From Microthyrium microscopicum (Eukaryota), in the NCBI GenBank assembly GCA_010405405.1, contig MU004237.1, forward strand, positions 1,871,345-1,935,344: DNA of 64,000 nucleotides, given 5' to 3'. Of the stretch, positions 61,364 through 64,000 are shown piece by piece. Both the position numbers and the translations under genes were made by a program. Under the pieces are notes generated by a model. That model saw nothing but the letters and a program-made list of their open reading frames with translations, was not told the DNA's origin and did not search any database. Within the stretch, counting starts at the first letter, position 1, and each line of letters starts with the position of its first letter.

Positions 61364-64000
61364 GCTTTGTTGAAGGAAGAGCAGAAGTTACAAACAATAG
61401 ATCGTTGAATAGTTCAGTCTTTGCCCCGTATGCACCCGTTACTAACCGATCTTGTGAACTTGTGTCTCCCTGGTATACCGTGTCAGAAAGGATTTCTATG
61501 AAGGACTGGGATGTGGAGATAATGTGAATACCTGAATCTGAAGCAAGATAGCCTGATTTGAGTGTTGGGGTTGCTACTAGGTGTGCATGAGCACTGATGG
61601 AGGTCGGTGCGTTTAGGTAAATGGATGTAAGTTATGGAAACTGAGTTCTCTTAACCTTTGTGAAATGAAGAATGTCGGAGAGATGCGGCGAAAGGTAATC
61701 GCATCTTTGATTCCGATACCCCTCTTGTGCAATGCACTTTGAGGGGCAGCAGAGGCAACTCAATGGATTGGGGAAGGCATATTTCGACCCACAAGTGCCA
61801 CACTACTATACAGCAATGAGGACCCTAAACATGCAATCTACGTCGATAGCCATAGAGTATGATATTGATTTGTTTTTGGAGAGAACCAGCAAACTGCCAT
61901 TTTCAGTGTCAGAAACAGTTCATAAAATGATAAGAATGACATCGCAATAATTCATCGCAAAGCTGTCCTCTGTGTTCGGTCGGAGAGGACTCCGTCGACC
62001 ACGTTCCAGACCAAGTGACAAATGCAGAAAGGGCACTGGCCAGAGCAATCTGGCATGCGACGCCGTTTACTCCTGGACCGAGATTGTTTCCTTTGTTTCC
62101 CAGCGGGATCGACTAGATCCGCCGGCTGCAGTTGCAATGGGCAGATGAGGGTATTTGTATATCAGGCGGCTTGCCAAGCTGGTTTAGAGCTTGTCCGGTT
62201 TGTGAACGCGTGGATGTGCTAGAATATATTGCGAATCTCGGCAGTGGAGAAACGGTTGCCTTTTTGGTCGTTGATGAGGCTCAACACCATGGGATGAGAA
62301 CATCATGACTTGGAAGATGGAGTGACTTGCGCGAGTCGCGAATAAATCCACGTTAATCGCTGGGGCATAGCAAGAGGTTGGAATCATGTTCGTGGTCATC
62401 CAATACTGATTAGACTGTCATACTCTCAAATGTCAGGGGGCAAGGAAAAGGCAGAGGGCGAAAGTACAACACCACTCTCGTGATCTTCACGATACCTGTC
62501 TACGGCGGGACTGCGCTGATCCGGACATCATCTCGCAGCACCAGATCCAGGAAGTCATCTGGAAGAAAGGACCGCCAAGAGCTGACAGCGTTGCGTAAAC
62601 AGCATCTCAGAACCTCGTTGCCCTGTAAATAAGCACTGGCAGGGATAAAAGTCTTATTTCGGGGTCCTGTGTGTCCGATGCTGTGCACTCAAGGGATGGC
62701 GGTCAACTGGAGAGGACTGGACTTATCACGAACTTGCTTTTATTCGGCGCGTGTGTGGGCGCGTGTGTCAACACCAACCGAGACCCAACCGAATAAGGCA
62801 AGCTGGCGCTTCAAGGTGGTCAGCCTTCACTACGGAGTACTCGCGGACGAGGACTGCAATTTGAGGCCGCATTCTTGGCGGATCCTTTCACGATTGAGAC
62901 AGTAGATGGGAGATTTGGCTGGGATCAACGACGTGCCTGGATTTGGGTGGGTTGAGCGGGCGCGCAGGCAGATCAGTACTTGTGCATTACAGGGTGCATT
63001 TGAGGTGATGAGTCGGAGTGGGAATACGGTATGAGAGGGATGATAATAAAAAAGACAGCAGATGGAATAAATTGAAGTGATAATGAAAGGCCTAAAGGAA
63101 GTATCGTGTAACATGTCAAAATCAGCACTAAAGTGATATGGAGGAGGTTGGTGTATGACCCCGTAGCGTGGGATATGGCACGCAGCAAACTATTTCACGG
63201 AAGATGCAGGCGTAAACCATGTAAATCAGGTACCAGACGCCAAAAGAAGCTTGTCTTTGGAAATGCTCCAATCTGGGTATGGTGTAAGGTACCGAGAGCG
63301 GTTTGATGGAGTACATGTACAAACCAAGCCATCTAGGAGATCTTAACTGCCATGGAACTACCCTATATGTTAGGGGTAGAGGGTTTGTACCTATTATCAG
63401 TATTATCAGAGTTAGGGAGCACTATTTACCTGCAGTAGTACTAGTTACGGAGAATACATGAGCCAATTCCAACTTCACTCCGTCCTGACTTCTGCCCCTA
63501 TTCCTTCAACACCATGCTTATCATCCGTGAGCTATCCCATCCAGCGTCCGTAGCATATATCCAAATTGCAATCAATCTATCATGGCCTCTATACTTATTG
63601 AAATTGTGCCTGGCATGAATCGGCGGCTACCTGTCCGCCGGAATACGCAGCGGCCGGAACAGGACAGCCCGCTGGTTCTCCAACATAACCGGTTTCAAGG
63701 TGCAGGTAACCTCATAGCAAAACTCGCCACTCCCCAACACTTTTTCGTCTCATCTTGTCCCTACCCGCGCACTCCAGAAACTTTGTTTCAACTTTGCCAT
63801 CCAGATACTGGTTGGCCCTCAAAGCCTCGATGCTCCTCTTCATCATATTTGTGCGCTCTCTCATAAACTCACATGCACGGGCCGGAGCTCCCACGAGGTT
63901 CGGTAGGCGTCCTATCTGCCCCTTCCATTGATTCAATGTTCTTGTTCTGCGCCTAACCATCTCCCTGATGCTTTTTGCTCTGGTTTCTTGCCGAAATACA

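Noticed and set aside
61400..64000. Transposon, tRNA or coding content at the right end
   Set aside because: No transposase or reverse-transcriptase motifs, terminal repeats, cloverleaf or credible ORF seen.

Overview
Gene-dense chromosomal window of a filamentous ascomycete (Pezizomycotina; short GT-AG introns with CTRAC branch sites). Recognisable protein genes: RTP1/TANGO6, a MAPEG protein, a secreted Kex2-processed repeat protein (KEP), a PPR protein, a DUF866 CXXC zinc protein, an alpha/beta hydrolase, an SDR, SF3A2/Prp11, tRNA ligase Trl1, Kin1 kinase, GPATCH1, a DHA2-type MFS transporter, a divergent 14-3-3-like protein and a HET-domain protein, plus several orphans. Three features are missed or only partly shown by the ORF track. 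(1) A roughly 1.7 kb non-coding gene at about 9200-10924 carries several hallmarks of fungal telomerase RNA: TAACCCTAA template, long-range 5'/3' closing helix, Sm site, and a terminal intron with the non-canonical ATAAGT 5' splice site. (2) A 66-codon in-frame extension lies behind the TGA-C stop of the 14-3-3-like gene and ends in a polybasic CaaX box (RRRCTIM). (3) The KEP precursor is predicted to release Gln-initiated Pro-rich and His/Met-rich peptides. All calls come from manual reading; no database searches or folding programs were run.
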